NCBI GenBank assembly: GCA_041659405.1
Contig: JBAZYK010000009.1
Span: 30,001 to 62,000 of the forward strand
From: Candidatus Altimarinota bacterium
GTDB taxonomy: Bacteria > Patescibacteriota > Gracilibacteria > UBA1369
Reading direction: 5' to 3'
Length of the DNA: 32,000 nt
The notes below the pieces were generated by a model, which was not told the DNA's origin, ran no database searches, and was given only the letters and a program-made list of their open reading frames with translations. This document shows positions 1 through 8,257 of this stretch, piece after piece. Position 1 is the first letter of the stretch, and each line of letters opens with the position of its first letter. A program made the position numbers and the translations under genes.

Positions 1-2
1 TG

Positions 3-317
3 GAAATCATTAAAAATGCGGCAAGAAAATCGCTGCAAGGGCTAGGAAATGACATTAAAAGTTCTTTCAAAATTCCCGCCACTTCATTAAATAAAATTTA
101 TTTAACTGGCCCTGGTAGCGCAGGAAGGGCCATGTTCTTGTTGAAGATTGGGGAGGCGAAGTCCGTTTTGGTAATGATTCGAACAAAAAAGGACAAACAA
201 ATTGGTTTAAACATGACGATTAAAAATCCGAAATTTAAAAAAGCTCTCAATAAAAATTTAGGATTGATTATTGCTGACCTTGAACAAGGCAATTATCGTG
301 AGTATGAGATTGTCTAA
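3..317 (+). CDS. C-terminal part of a hypothetical protein (5' truncated by window edge)
   Basis: The frame of ORF 132..317 stays open to the left edge: ...EIIKNAARKSLQGLGNDIKSSFKIPATSLNKIYLTGPGSAGRAMFLLKIG...NYREYEIV*. Confidence 0.6.
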   Translation, partial: EIIKNAARKSLQGLGNDIKSSFKIPATSLNKIYLTGPGSAGRAMFLLKIGEAKSVLVMIRTKKDKQIGLNMTIKNPKFKKALNKNLGLIIADLEQGNYREYEIV

Positions 318-327
318 ATCATGCCAT

Positions 328-987
328 CTACCCCTTTTTTTTCCTAAACAAAACATAAGAATAAACAATCGGCACCACTGCCACCAAAATCAAAACCGCA
401 ATAGTTACAACCGCCATATTAAGTTGCAAAACCAGTGCATTTAAAAGGAAAATCAGCCCGCCAATCACAAACAATTTTCCGCCAAGGCGATTGGTTTTAT
501 TCCAAACGTCTTCATTCGACAAAGTCCATGGTGTGCGCACGCCAATCATCCAATTGCTTTTGATTTTCCCCATATAATTGCCAATAATAATAAACAGAAA
601 ACCAACCAAAACCAAAATCGCCCGGCCCATTGGAATATTGTAACCCAAAGCATAAGCGCCCGTCATAAAGTGCAGTACCGTCACAAATAAAACCACCACA
701 TTCTTAAAAACATGATAAGGTTTTTCAAATTCAACATAACGTTCTTTTTTAGGATCGATAAATGGCACCAAAAGTAAAATTCCATAACACACAGCGGTAA
801 TTGCCGGAGTCAAAAAAGCCGCAACCGCCGGCGATCCCCAGCCATTAACTTCCCCATCGATACCCCAATGAATCGGAACTGATTGCGGAAAATTCAGATA
901 AAAATAAACCGAAACAACGAACGACAATATTATTAAACTCAGCGGAAAAATTTCCTTTTTAAAATCGATTTTGAAATTAGTTTTCAT
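328..987 (-). CDS. SdpI/DUF1648-family integral membrane protein
   Basis: Multiple hydrophobic segments; 'FPQSVPIHWGIDGEVNGWGS' (DUF1648-like) and 'SNWMIGVRTPWTLSNEDVWNKTNRLGGKLFVIGG' (SdpI-like signature). Confidence 0.85.
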   Translation of the reverse strand: MKTNFKIDFKKEIFPLSLIILSFVVSVYFYLNFPQSVPIHWGIDGEVNGWGSPAVAAFLTPAITAVCYGILLLVPFIDPKKERYVEFEKPYHVFKNVVVLFVTVLHFMTGAYALGYNIPMGRAILVLVGFLFIIIGNYMGKIKSNWMIGVRTPWTLSNEDVWNKTNRLGGKLFVIGGLIFLLNALVLQLNMAVVTIAVLILVAVVPIVYSYVLFRKKKG

Positions 988-1083
988 GTGAAAGTAATTA
1001 AGATTTACGTTTATCGCCTTTATTCTACATCACTTTTCGTGCTAATAAATAACTTGTCATTTATTTTCTAAGATTGGCAGTAA

Positions 1084-1878
1084 ATGTTCTGGAAACACGT
1101 CATCAAGCCAAAACCATTGCGTCATAAAAGCAGAGAAAGCATTATCATTGAAGGAAAAAGTATTCCTTTTGAGTTGGTGCGAACCGCATCTGTGCGTGGC
1201 GCGTATTTAAAAATTACCGCCACGGGTTTGGAGGTGGTCATTCCTCTTCGCTATGATTCCGCGCGTCTTTCCAAATTATTGTACGAAAAAAAATCCTGGA
1301 TTTTAAAAAATCTTCAAAAGCATGCCGAACAAAAATCACAACATCAACATTTTCAGGATGGCCTAACTCTGCCTGTTTTTGGCCAATTAAAAATTATTCA
1401 TATTTATTTAACAACCAATAAGCGCGCACGAATTCGTGAAAACGAAAACGAAATAAATGTTTTCATCCCGCAAAATTTTAAAAGTGGAAACACTGAAAGT
1501 TTTCTGCCCCATAATCCGCAAAACCTGGCCAAATCCAAGAAATTTTTAGAAATTTTACTTCGCGAAAAAAGCAAAAAATATTTTCAGGAGCGCACGCGGG
1601 AACTCGGCAAAATCATGCAAACCGATTACGGAAAAATTACCATCCGTGACCAAAAAACGCGTTGGGGAAGCTGTTCTCGCACCAATAATCTCAACTTTAA
1701 TTGGCGCCTTATTTTTATGCCGTTACCTGTTACCGACTATATTATCATTCACGAATTGGCTCACACAGTTCACCATAACCACTCCAAAAGATTTCACGAT
1801 TTGGTGGAAAAATTCTGTCCGGACTACAAAGAAAAGCGCCAATGGTTAAAGCAAAATCAGCATACAGCCAATTGGTAA
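1084..1878 (+). CDS. YgjP-like (DUF45) zinc metallopeptidase family protein
   Basis: 'RKTRWGSCSRTNNLNFNWRLIFMPLPVTDYIIIHELAHTVHHNHSKRFHDLVEKFCPDYKEKRQWL' contains the conserved WGSC, HELAH and H..FW-like region. Confidence 0.87.
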   Translation: MFWKHVIKPKPLRHKSRESIIIEGKSIPFELVRTASVRGAYLKITATGLEVVIPLRYDSARLSKLLYEKKSWILKNLQKHAEQKSQHQHFQDGLTLPVFGQLKIIHIYLTTNKRARIRENENEINVFIPQNFKSGNTESFLPHNPQNLAKSKKFLEILLREKSKKYFQERTRELGKIMQTDYGKITIRDQKTRWGSCSRTNNLNFNWRLIFMPLPVTDYIIIHELAHTVHHNHSKRFHDLVEKFCPDYKEKRQWLKQNQHTANW

Positions 1879-1929
1879 GCCCGCCACACCGCCGGACGAT
1901 AGCCCCTCATCCGCTTCGTCTCAAACCAG

Positions 1930-3210
1930 CTAATTCAATTTCACCAACTGCATCAAAATTGCCGCAACTTGTCCGCGAGTGATTGAAACATTTGGATCAT
2001 CCACCTGAAAAGTTAACAGGTTCTTTTCTTTAGCTTTAGCCATAATTCCGTCTGTCCAAAGCGTAGTTTGATTATATTCAATTCCAAACATCTTCATCAA
2101 AATTTTCAAAGCTTCAGCTATCGTAATATTTTTTTCCGGATGAAAAAGATTATCCGCATAACCCTGAATGGACTTTCCATCTTTTAAGGCGCAAACATAA
2201 GGCGCAAACCAGTTATTTTTCGTGAGCCCAACATCGGGAAAACAGTTTTGCATATTGCCGATACTTCCAACGTCCATGCGGCTAAGCAACGCCATTTTTG
2301 TAAACTCGGCCCTGTTAATATTCGCATCCGGTTTAAAGGTGCCATCGGCATATCCATCCACCATATCATTGCTCTTTAAAAACTGGATGGCGTCAGTAAA
2401 TGGATGTTTTACATCAACGTCGGTAAAGTTGGTTTTAATTCTAATATAAGCCGTTTCATCTTGAGTCAAACCATATTCATCAACCAAAACCGAAACCGGT
2501 TTATTTACATTTTGAGCAAGCCACAATAATTTTTTATTAATGACTTTAACAGTGGAATTAAAATTTGCATTTGCTTTTCCCCAGTCCTGTAGCGGCAATT
2601 GCTGCAGTTGCGTCGCGTCAATTTCTAAAAAATATTCATTTATTTTAGTAGTCGCGTCATAACGAAGTCGCAAAGTTCCCTGCAAAACTTTTTCGGCACG
2701 GTAAAGAACATCATCCAAATAACCTGCCACAGAACTGCCTTTCACCAAGGTAAATCCATTTTCATTATTTTTAAAATTATTATCAATACCTACAAAATCT
2801 GTCATTGGTAAGCCTTCACAGAAAGCCTGATAATTATTTACCATCATTTCAAAAACGCGATCGGTTGGTAATAACGCAGCCTGCTCATTGGAAATATTCA
2901 CACTGATAATTGAATTCAAAGTGGGAAAAGCATCACTCAAAGGCAATTTATCGGCCTCGCCCGTTACAGGAACAAATTCATATTGTTGATGATTTCCGAA
3001 TACTACAAAATTTTTCCTAAAACGCCCGATCAATTCTGCCTGGCCGGTATATTTTGGACCGGTACACAAATCACTCGCAGCGCCACTGGATAACGTAAAT
3101 GCCATTGCCGCTGGGACAAATGTCAGCGTTGTAGCAGCAATAAAAACAGACATCATCAACGGAGACAATGTTTGTCTTTTAAAACTGAACTGCGCTGAAT
3201 CTTTGTGCAT
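1930..3210 (-). CDS. S-layer homology (SLH) domain-containing secreted protein
   Basis: N-terminal signal/TM-like segment 'MMSVFIAATTLTFVPAAMAFTLSSGA'; C-terminal SLH-like repeats 'PFTDAIQFLKSNDMVDGYADGTFKPDANINRAEFTKM' and 'APYVCALKDGKSIQGYADNLFHPEKNITIAEALKI'. Confidence 0.87.
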   Translation of the reverse strand: MHKDSAQFSFKRQTLSPLMMSVFIAATTLTFVPAAMAFTLSSGAASDLCTGPKYTGQAELIGRFRKNFVVFGNHQQYEFVPVTGEADKLPLSDAFPTLNSIISVNISNEQAALLPTDRVFEMMVNNYQAFCEGLPMTDFVGIDNNFKNNENGFTLVKGSSVAGYLDDVLYRAEKVLQGTLRLRYDATTKINEYFLEIDATQLQQLPLQDWGKANANFNSTVKVINKKLLWLAQNVNKPVSVLVDEYGLTQDETAYIRIKTNFTDVDVKHPFTDAIQFLKSNDMVDGYADGTFKPDANINRAEFTKMALLSRMDVGSIGNMQNCFPDVGLTKNNWFAPYVCALKDGKSIQGYADNLFHPEKNITIAEALKILMKMFGIEYNQTTLWTDGIMAKAKEKNLLTFQVDDPNVSITRGQVAAILMQLVKLN

Positions 3211-3311
3211 AAAATTTTAATCCTCAAAGTGCTTTCTCAGCTTACCTCAAATTGCAGGCTACAAGCAAGTTGTGGTATGTTGCACGGTAGATTAATTACT
3301 AATTAAAATCT

Positions 3312-3758
3312 ATGGCTCTAAAACAACAAATTCAACAGGATATGATCGCGGCAATGAAAGCAAAAGAAGAAACCAAGGTTTCCGCTTTACGCATGCTTAA
3401 GGCTGCCATTTTAAAATTTGAAACTTCCGGTGATCGCAAAGAGGCTACAGATGAAGACGTCATGGTTTTATTAGGCAGAGAAGTTAAACAGCGCAAAGAC
3501 GCAATTGAGGGATTTAAGACGGGGAATAGACCGGAAATGGCCGCGCAGGAAGAAGCGGAAATGAAAATTCTTCAGGAATATTTACCGGCGCAACTTAGTG
3601 AAGAAGATCTCAAAAAAATCATCGCCGAAACTATTCAACAGGTTGGCGCAACTTCCAAGGCCGACATGGGTAAAGTTATGGGCGCACTCATGCCAAAAGT
3701 AAAAGGCAAAGCCGATGGCGGAATGGTTAATAAACTTGTTGGCTCCATGCTGCCATAA
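3312..3758 (+). CDS. GatB/YqeY domain-containing protein
   Basis: 'MALKQQIQQDMIAAMKAKEETKVSALRMLKAAI...YLPAQLSEEDLKKIIAETIQQVGATSKADMGKVMGALMPKVKGKADGGMVNKLV' is typical of YqeY. Confidence 0.93.
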   Translation: MALKQQIQQDMIAAMKAKEETKVSALRMLKAAILKFETSGDRKEATDEDVMVLLGREVKQRKDAIEGFKTGNRPEMAAQEEAEMKILQEYLPAQLSEEDLKKIIAETIQQVGATSKADMGKVMGALMPKVKGKADGGMVNKLVGSMLP

Positions 3759-3800
3759 AGTTGCTCGCGGTGCACTTTTGCAAACACCATAAGAAAATTT

Positions 3801-5726
3801 ATGGGTGAAATCAATCCACAAAAAAAAGAATCTGCCACGGGCGGCGCTAGCTCTGCTCAAAATACCGGCCCATTCGTTTTTCAGGTTACCTCGGCGCTGC
3901 GCCAATTTTTGTTAGAACGATCCGGTGAAAACGGCGTAGATTTTAGTATTGGCACTCCGCCAACATCAGAAAAAATCCGTCTGCGCCAATTGGAAATGTT
4001 GCTTGGCTGTGTGGATAATCCCTTCCGTGAGGGCACCAGGGACTCTGAATTGTTTTGGAAAATAGATAAAATGATTTTTGAAATGGGCCGCTACGAAACA
4101 CCGGGCGGCCGTGATTTATTATCTCCAAATCTTCGCAAAAAATTGCCGAATGGAGTAAGCACCACCTTGATCAATGGTGGTCTAAGAAAAGCGCTTGAAC
4201 TCTGGCAAATCCTCAAACGGAAATCTCCGGAAATGAAAGAATTGGCGGAAATAAAAGACCCAATTATTGCCGGAAACGAGCACGATCTTATCCCAATTCT
4301 AACTTCTCAAACACAGATTGAGGCACTCACTCCTCTCCATTCCAATGTTATCCTTTTCAGTAACCCGCTAATGGAGCGCTGCAGTTTAACGATTTTGATT
4401 GGCCCGGCCAAAATTGTTTCGGCTATTCAAGGCCTGCACACTTCCCTTTTGGGAACGCCTTCAACGCCACAGGAAGATCTTTATGAACTTCTTTCCGATC
4501 GTGATTTTCAAAAATATTTGGAAGCCGGAGACGATTCCGAAAATGGATTTTCCGCAGGGGCGGGCATAGAAGCCGATACCGAAAAAAATGACCTCGGTGA
4601 CATGATTGGCTTTCTTTCTTTTGTTTATAGCGATCCGATTTCTGCCCTTGTAGAAGAGGCGGAAACTCTTAAGAAAAACTTTTCCAAAAAATTTCTTCAC
4701 TGTTTTTTTGAGCACCTGATCGAGCATGAAGACATTAAAATGCAATCGGGAAATGGTGGCGGAAGGCAGGCTCTCCATATTATTGAAAATCTTTTAATTG
4801 ATGAGGGCGTGGAAAATATGCTGCTTTTTAAACCTCATTGGACCTATAATAATGTCTATACTCGACTGCCATTGATTGGCTTGCCTACTGCCTCAAATGG
4901 TCAGCCGAATCTGGAAGCTCTGGAAGAAAAAATTCGGGAACTTACGCAGGATGGCGCTAAAAAAAATATCGCCCTTACTATTAATTCTCCAAACAATCCA
5001 AGTGGTGTTGTTTATTCCCAAAAAACACTTACGCAAATCCTCCAGCTTGCCGAAAAATATGGCATTTATCTGATTGATGATGCCTGCTATATCCACATTC
5101 TTCGCCAGAAAAATAATTCTGCCACAAATTCGAATTACTCAAAGGACAGCGATAACTCAGCCACGCTCTTGGACGTTGCCACTCAACTGCTGGAAAAAGG
5201 TCAGCTCGCACGCACAACTTTTAAAAAAATCTTCACAGCCGTTACAGCTTCCAAAGGGCTTGGCATGGCCGGCGCAAGACTTGGCGGGATCATCTATGCC
5301 GATGACCGTTTTACCGATCGCATTATTGAAGGATATTCTCACGAATTACCTAATATCTTGGCTTTTTATTTCGCCAATAAGTTAATGGATGATCGTCTGA
5401 GTTATCTCAAGCTTCTGCGGGAAATTAACGCCGAGGTTGACCAGCGTGTACTAAAAGTGACCTCTATTATGGATCAACATGGCATTGAATATAAAACTCC
5501 TGCCGGTGCGTTTTATCTGGAAATAAAAGTCCCTTTTTTGGCCGAAAAAGTTCCGGACATGAAAGAGTTCGCCCTAAAAATGGCGCGTGAAAAAGGTATC
5601 GCTTTTATGCCCATGGAAATTTACGGCGGTGATCAATATTCAATTCGCCTTTCTCTTGGCGGCGAAAAACAGCTGGAACAGCTGCAACAAGAAACCGAAA
5701 TTTTAATCACGCAGTTAAAGGAATAA
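3801..5726 (+). CDS. Class I/II PLP-dependent aminotransferase with large N-terminal/insert regions
   Basis: 'LTINSPNNPSGVVYSQKTLTQILQLAEKYGIYLIDDACY' (NPxNPxG and D..Y), 'FTAVTASKGLGMAGARLGGIIYADD' (SK.xxxxGxRxG lysine motif), C-terminal 'YSIRLSLGG'. Confidence 0.85.
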   Translation: MGEINPQKKESATGGASSAQNTGPFVFQVTSALRQFLLERSGENGVDFSIGTPPTSEKIRLRQLEMLLGCVDNPFREGTRDSELFWKIDKMIFEMGRYETPGGRDLLSPNLRKKLPNGVSTTLINGGLRKALELWQILKRKSPEMKELAEIKDPIIAGNEHDLIPILTSQTQIEALTPLHSNVILFSNPLMERCSLTILIGPAKIVSAIQGLHTSLLGTPSTPQEDLYELLSDRDFQKYLEAGDDSENGFSAGAGIEADTEKNDLGDMIGFLSFVYSDPISALVEEAETLKKNFSKKFLHCFFEHLIEHEDIKMQSGNGGGRQALHIIENLLIDEGVENMLLFKPHWTYNNVYTRLPLIGLPTASNGQPNLEALEEKIRELTQDGAKKNIALTINSPNNPSGVVYSQKTLTQILQLAEKYGIYLIDDACYIHILRQKNNSATNSNYSKDSDNSATLLDVATQLLEKGQLARTTFKKIFTAVTASKGLGMAGARLGGIIYADDRFTDRIIEGYSHELPNILAFYFANKLMDDRLSYLKLLREINAEVDQRVLKVTSIMDQHGIEYKTPAGAFYLEIKVPFLAEKVPDMKEFALKMAREKGIAFMPMEIYGGDQYSIRLSLGGEKQLEQLQQETEILITQLKE

Positions 5727-5760
5727 ATCAATTCAACCTTTTAGGTCGTAAATTTTACCC

Positions 5761-6393
5761 ATGAAAATCTACACCAAAACCGGCGATCAAGGGCAGACCG
5801 GGCTTATGGGAGGCAAGCGCGTCAGTAAAAATTCTCCGCGAATCAAAGCCATTGGCCAAGTCGATGAGCTGAATGCCGCGCTTGGGCTTGTGCGTGCGCA
5901 CATCGATTCGTTCAATGCTTCTCCGGCGAATCTGCAATCCCAAAATCCAGCCAAAGAATGGGCCAAAGTTTCAAAAATTTTGCGCCAAATTCAGCACGAT
6001 CTTTTTAGCCTTGGTGCGGATTTGGCAACACCATCAGATTTTCCCTCACCTTCCTCCATTTCCTCCGTCGCCAACCACGCTCCCCACCCGCAAATCCCCC
6101 GCATCCATCCCGCCCAAATCAAACAACTTGAAAATTGGATCGACGAACTTGATACCAAACTTCCTCCGCTTAAGAATTTTATTTTGCCCGGTGGCAGTAT
6201 TCAGGCCGCGCACCTCCATCTTGCACGCACCATTTGCCGCCGCACCGAGCGCGCAATCATCTCTCTCCAAACCAAAGAAAAAATCAACGAGCAAATTGTA
6301 CCTTATCTAAATCGCCTTTCAGATCTTCTATTTATACTCGCCCGATTCGTCAATCAACTCCAAAAAATTACTGAAGAAAAATGGCAGGCATAA
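5761..6393 (+). CDS. PduO-type cob(I)alamin adenosyltransferase (ATR)
   Basis: 'MKIYTKTGDQGQTGLMGGKRVSKNSPRIKAIGQVDELNAALGL' and 'FILPGGSIQAAHLHLARTICRRTERAI...IVPYLNRLSDLLFILAR' are conserved motifs. Confidence 0.93.
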   Translation: MKIYTKTGDQGQTGLMGGKRVSKNSPRIKAIGQVDELNAALGLVRAHIDSFNASPANLQSQNPAKEWAKVSKILRQIQHDLFSLGADLATPSDFPSPSSISSVANHAPHPQIPRIHPAQIKQLENWIDELDTKLPPLKNFILPGGSIQAAHLHLARTICRRTERAIISLQTKEKINEQIVPYLNRLSDLLFILARFVNQLQKITEEKWQA

Positions 6394-6423
6394 TGGAATT
6401 GCCCTTCCCTCTCACTTAAAAGC

Positions 6424-6451
6424 TTGACAAACCTATTATCCGCGCTACACT
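6424..6451 (+). promoter_or_regulatory. Candidate sigma70-type promoter for rpsP
   Basis: TTGACA (6424-6429), 16-nt spacer, TACACT (6446-6451); rpsP starts about 35 nt downstream. Confidence 0.5.
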
Positions 6452-6485
6452 AAAGCCACTTTTAGTTCATTATTCACCCAAAAAC

Positions 6486-6827
6486 GTGTTAAAAATCAGA
6501 CTCACCAGAACAGGTAAAACCGCACAAGAAAGCTTCCGCGTTGTAGTTGCAGAACATACAAACGCCGTTAAAGGCAAATTTTTAGAACTTCTTGGTCATT
6601 ATCAACCAGCCACCAAAACAAAGGCTTTGGAACTTAAAAAAGAACGCATTGAATATTGGATTAGCAAAGGTGCAAAACCTTCCAGTACTGTCGCTTCTTT
6701 ATTGAAGAAAAAAGGCTTTGGTAATATGGATCAATACATAGAAATTCGTACAAAAAGTACCAAGAAAAAGGGTGCAGAAGTTGTAGCCGCAGGCGCTCCC
6801 GCAGCTCCGGCAGCAGCCGCAAAATAA
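6486..6827 (+). CDS. rpsP: 30S ribosomal protein S16 (GTG start, Ala/Pro-rich tail)
   Basis: 'MLKIRLTRTGKTAQESFRVVVAEHTNAVKGKFLELLGHYQP...ERIEYWISKGAKPSSTVASLLKKKG'. Confidence 0.96.
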   Translation: MLKIRLTRTGKTAQESFRVVVAEHTNAVKGKFLELLGHYQPATKTKALELKKERIEYWISKGAKPSSTVASLLKKKGFGNMDQYIEIRTKSTKKKGAEVVAAGAPAAPAAAAK

Positions 6828-6881
6828 TTGGTCAGACCAATTCCTCTCAATTCCTAATTCCTAATTTTTAATTAAAAAATT

Positions 6882-7169
6882 ATGGATGCAATGAAAGATG
6901 TAACTCAGGGTCCTGATCGAGATTTTGTCGAGTTTGTTGTAAAACAAATCGTCGAACATCCGGATCAGGTTGTCGTAACCAGGGCGGTTGACGAAATGGG
7001 CGTACTCATCACCTTAAAAGTGGCAAAAGAAGACATGGGTAAAATCATTGGTAAAGCCGGCCAAACGGCTAAATCATTGCGTATTTTATTGCGCGTGATT
7101 GGTTCAAAAAACAACGCTCGCGTTAATTTAAAAATCGTCGAGCCCGAAGGAGCCGAAGTTACTATCTAA
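6882..7169 (+). CDS. khpA: KH-domain RNA-binding protein (KhpA-like)
   Basis: 'DFVEFVVKQIVEHPDQVVV...VAKEDMGKIIGKAGQTAKSLRILLRVIG'; position directly after rpsP is typical. Confidence 0.9.
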   Translation: MDAMKDVTQGPDRDFVEFVVKQIVEHPDQVVVTRAVDEMGVLITLKVAKEDMGKIIGKAGQTAKSLRILLRVIGSKNNARVNLKIVEPEGAEVTI

Positions 7170-7181
7170 CAAAAATACAAT

Positions 7182-7553
7182 ATGCCTACATCAGAGATTC
7201 CAGCAAATTCCATTCTTGGCGCCGCTCAAAGATATGACATCGTCGAAATTGTAAACAGGGGCCTTGCTTACGCCATTATTTTAGCAGGTCTTTTATCGGT
7301 TGTTTTTATTTTTATTGGCGGTATTTCTTTTATTCTTTCCGGTGGAGCCGAAGATAAAATCAAGCAGGCGGTAGGTACAATCCGTTATGCAATTATTGGC
7401 TTGGTAATAACAGTTCTTGCTGTAGTGATTGTTCAGATAGTAGGTAGATTCTTGGGGCTTGATATCATCAAGTATATCAACTTTAACGATATCATTAGCA
7501 ATATCACCACCATTACAAGTCAGGGTGGTAGCTCAAGTGGATCGCTTAATTAA
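7182..7553 (+). CDS. Small two-TM protein resembling T4SS pilin/TrbC-type proteins
   Basis: Two hydrophobic segments separated by a short charged loop: 'GLAYAIILAGLLSVVFIFIGGISFILSGGAEDKIKQAVGTIRYAIIGLVITVLAVVIVQIVGRFLG'. Confidence 0.55.
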   Translation: MPTSEIPANSILGAAQRYDIVEIVNRGLAYAIILAGLLSVVFIFIGGISFILSGGAEDKIKQAVGTIRYAIIGLVITVLAVVIVQIVGRFLGLDIIKYINFNDIISNITTITSQGGSSSGSLN

Positions 7554-7572
7554 GCGAGTCCCCTTTTAAAAA

Positions 7573-8154
7573 TTACCTCACGTTCAAGATTCCCCGTATG
7601 ATATGTTGCCAATCATATGGGAATTTAAAAGTTTCAACCGCGCGGCCCAAAGCCAAAAAAATAGCCCATGGATTAAGGCTGTCAAATGTAAAACTGTTTC
7701 CCGTTTCTTCGTTTGGGCGATAATTTTCAAGCAAAGTGGATTTTTCCGCGCCCACAGGCACAACTCCATTTTCAAAAAGTTCCTGGACCATGGCTTGATG
7801 TTCTTCAAAAATCAGCCCAAGATCCGCTGCCATTAAATATTGCGCTTTATTTTTAGCAGCGCTTTTCCCAGATTTGAATTGAGACAAATTGACCCAACCT
7901 ATTTTGCCCTTTTCTAAATTATTTGGAGCTTCATGTTCACTTAGAACCACTACTCGCATCGGCAAAATTAAAAGTCCCTGCAATAATTCGGCAAAAACTT
8001 TAATTTGATTTCTATGCTCTGTTGGAGGCAAAACTACCAAAACCGCCTGATCATCTTTTTTCCTGGCATCTTTCTGGGGCCAGAAGTTGGCAAGAATTTG
8101 CTTCTTGGCAAGTTTCTTCTGTTCGATCAGTTTTTGCAATTCAGTGCGGCCCAC
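7573..8154 (-). CDS. Hypothetical protein with similarity to the C-terminal part of GT5 starch/glycogen-synthase-type GT-B domains
   Basis: 'LIFEEHQAMVQELFENGVVPVGAEKSTLLENYRPNEETGNSFTFDSLNPWAIFLALGRAVETFKFPYDWQHIIRGIL' resembles the 'NY.P..G.GF.F....P.AL..A..RALE....P..W..L' ending of glycogen synthases. Confidence 0.5.
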   Translation of the reverse strand: MGRTELQKLIEQKKLAKKQILANFWPQKDARKKDDQAVLVVLPPTEHRNQIKVFAELLQGLLILPMRVVVLSEHEAPNNLEKGKIGWVNLSQFKSGKSAAKNKAQYLMAADLGLIFEEHQAMVQELFENGVVPVGAEKSTLLENYRPNEETGNSFTFDSLNPWAIFLALGRAVETFKFPYDWQHIIRGILNVR

Positions 8155-8257
8155 AGGTATTCTGGAAGAAAATATTATCTAACCATTATAGCAAAAAAAT
8201 CCCGAAAATGCTAGTATCCGGGCGCTCACGGTTTCTAAGTCTCTTTCTTCGAAATTA

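Noticed and set aside
2184-4778. Antisense and alternate-frame ORFs in the SLH, yqeY and aminotransferase region
   Set aside because: Overlap well-supported genes on the other frame or strand and carry no recognisable motif.
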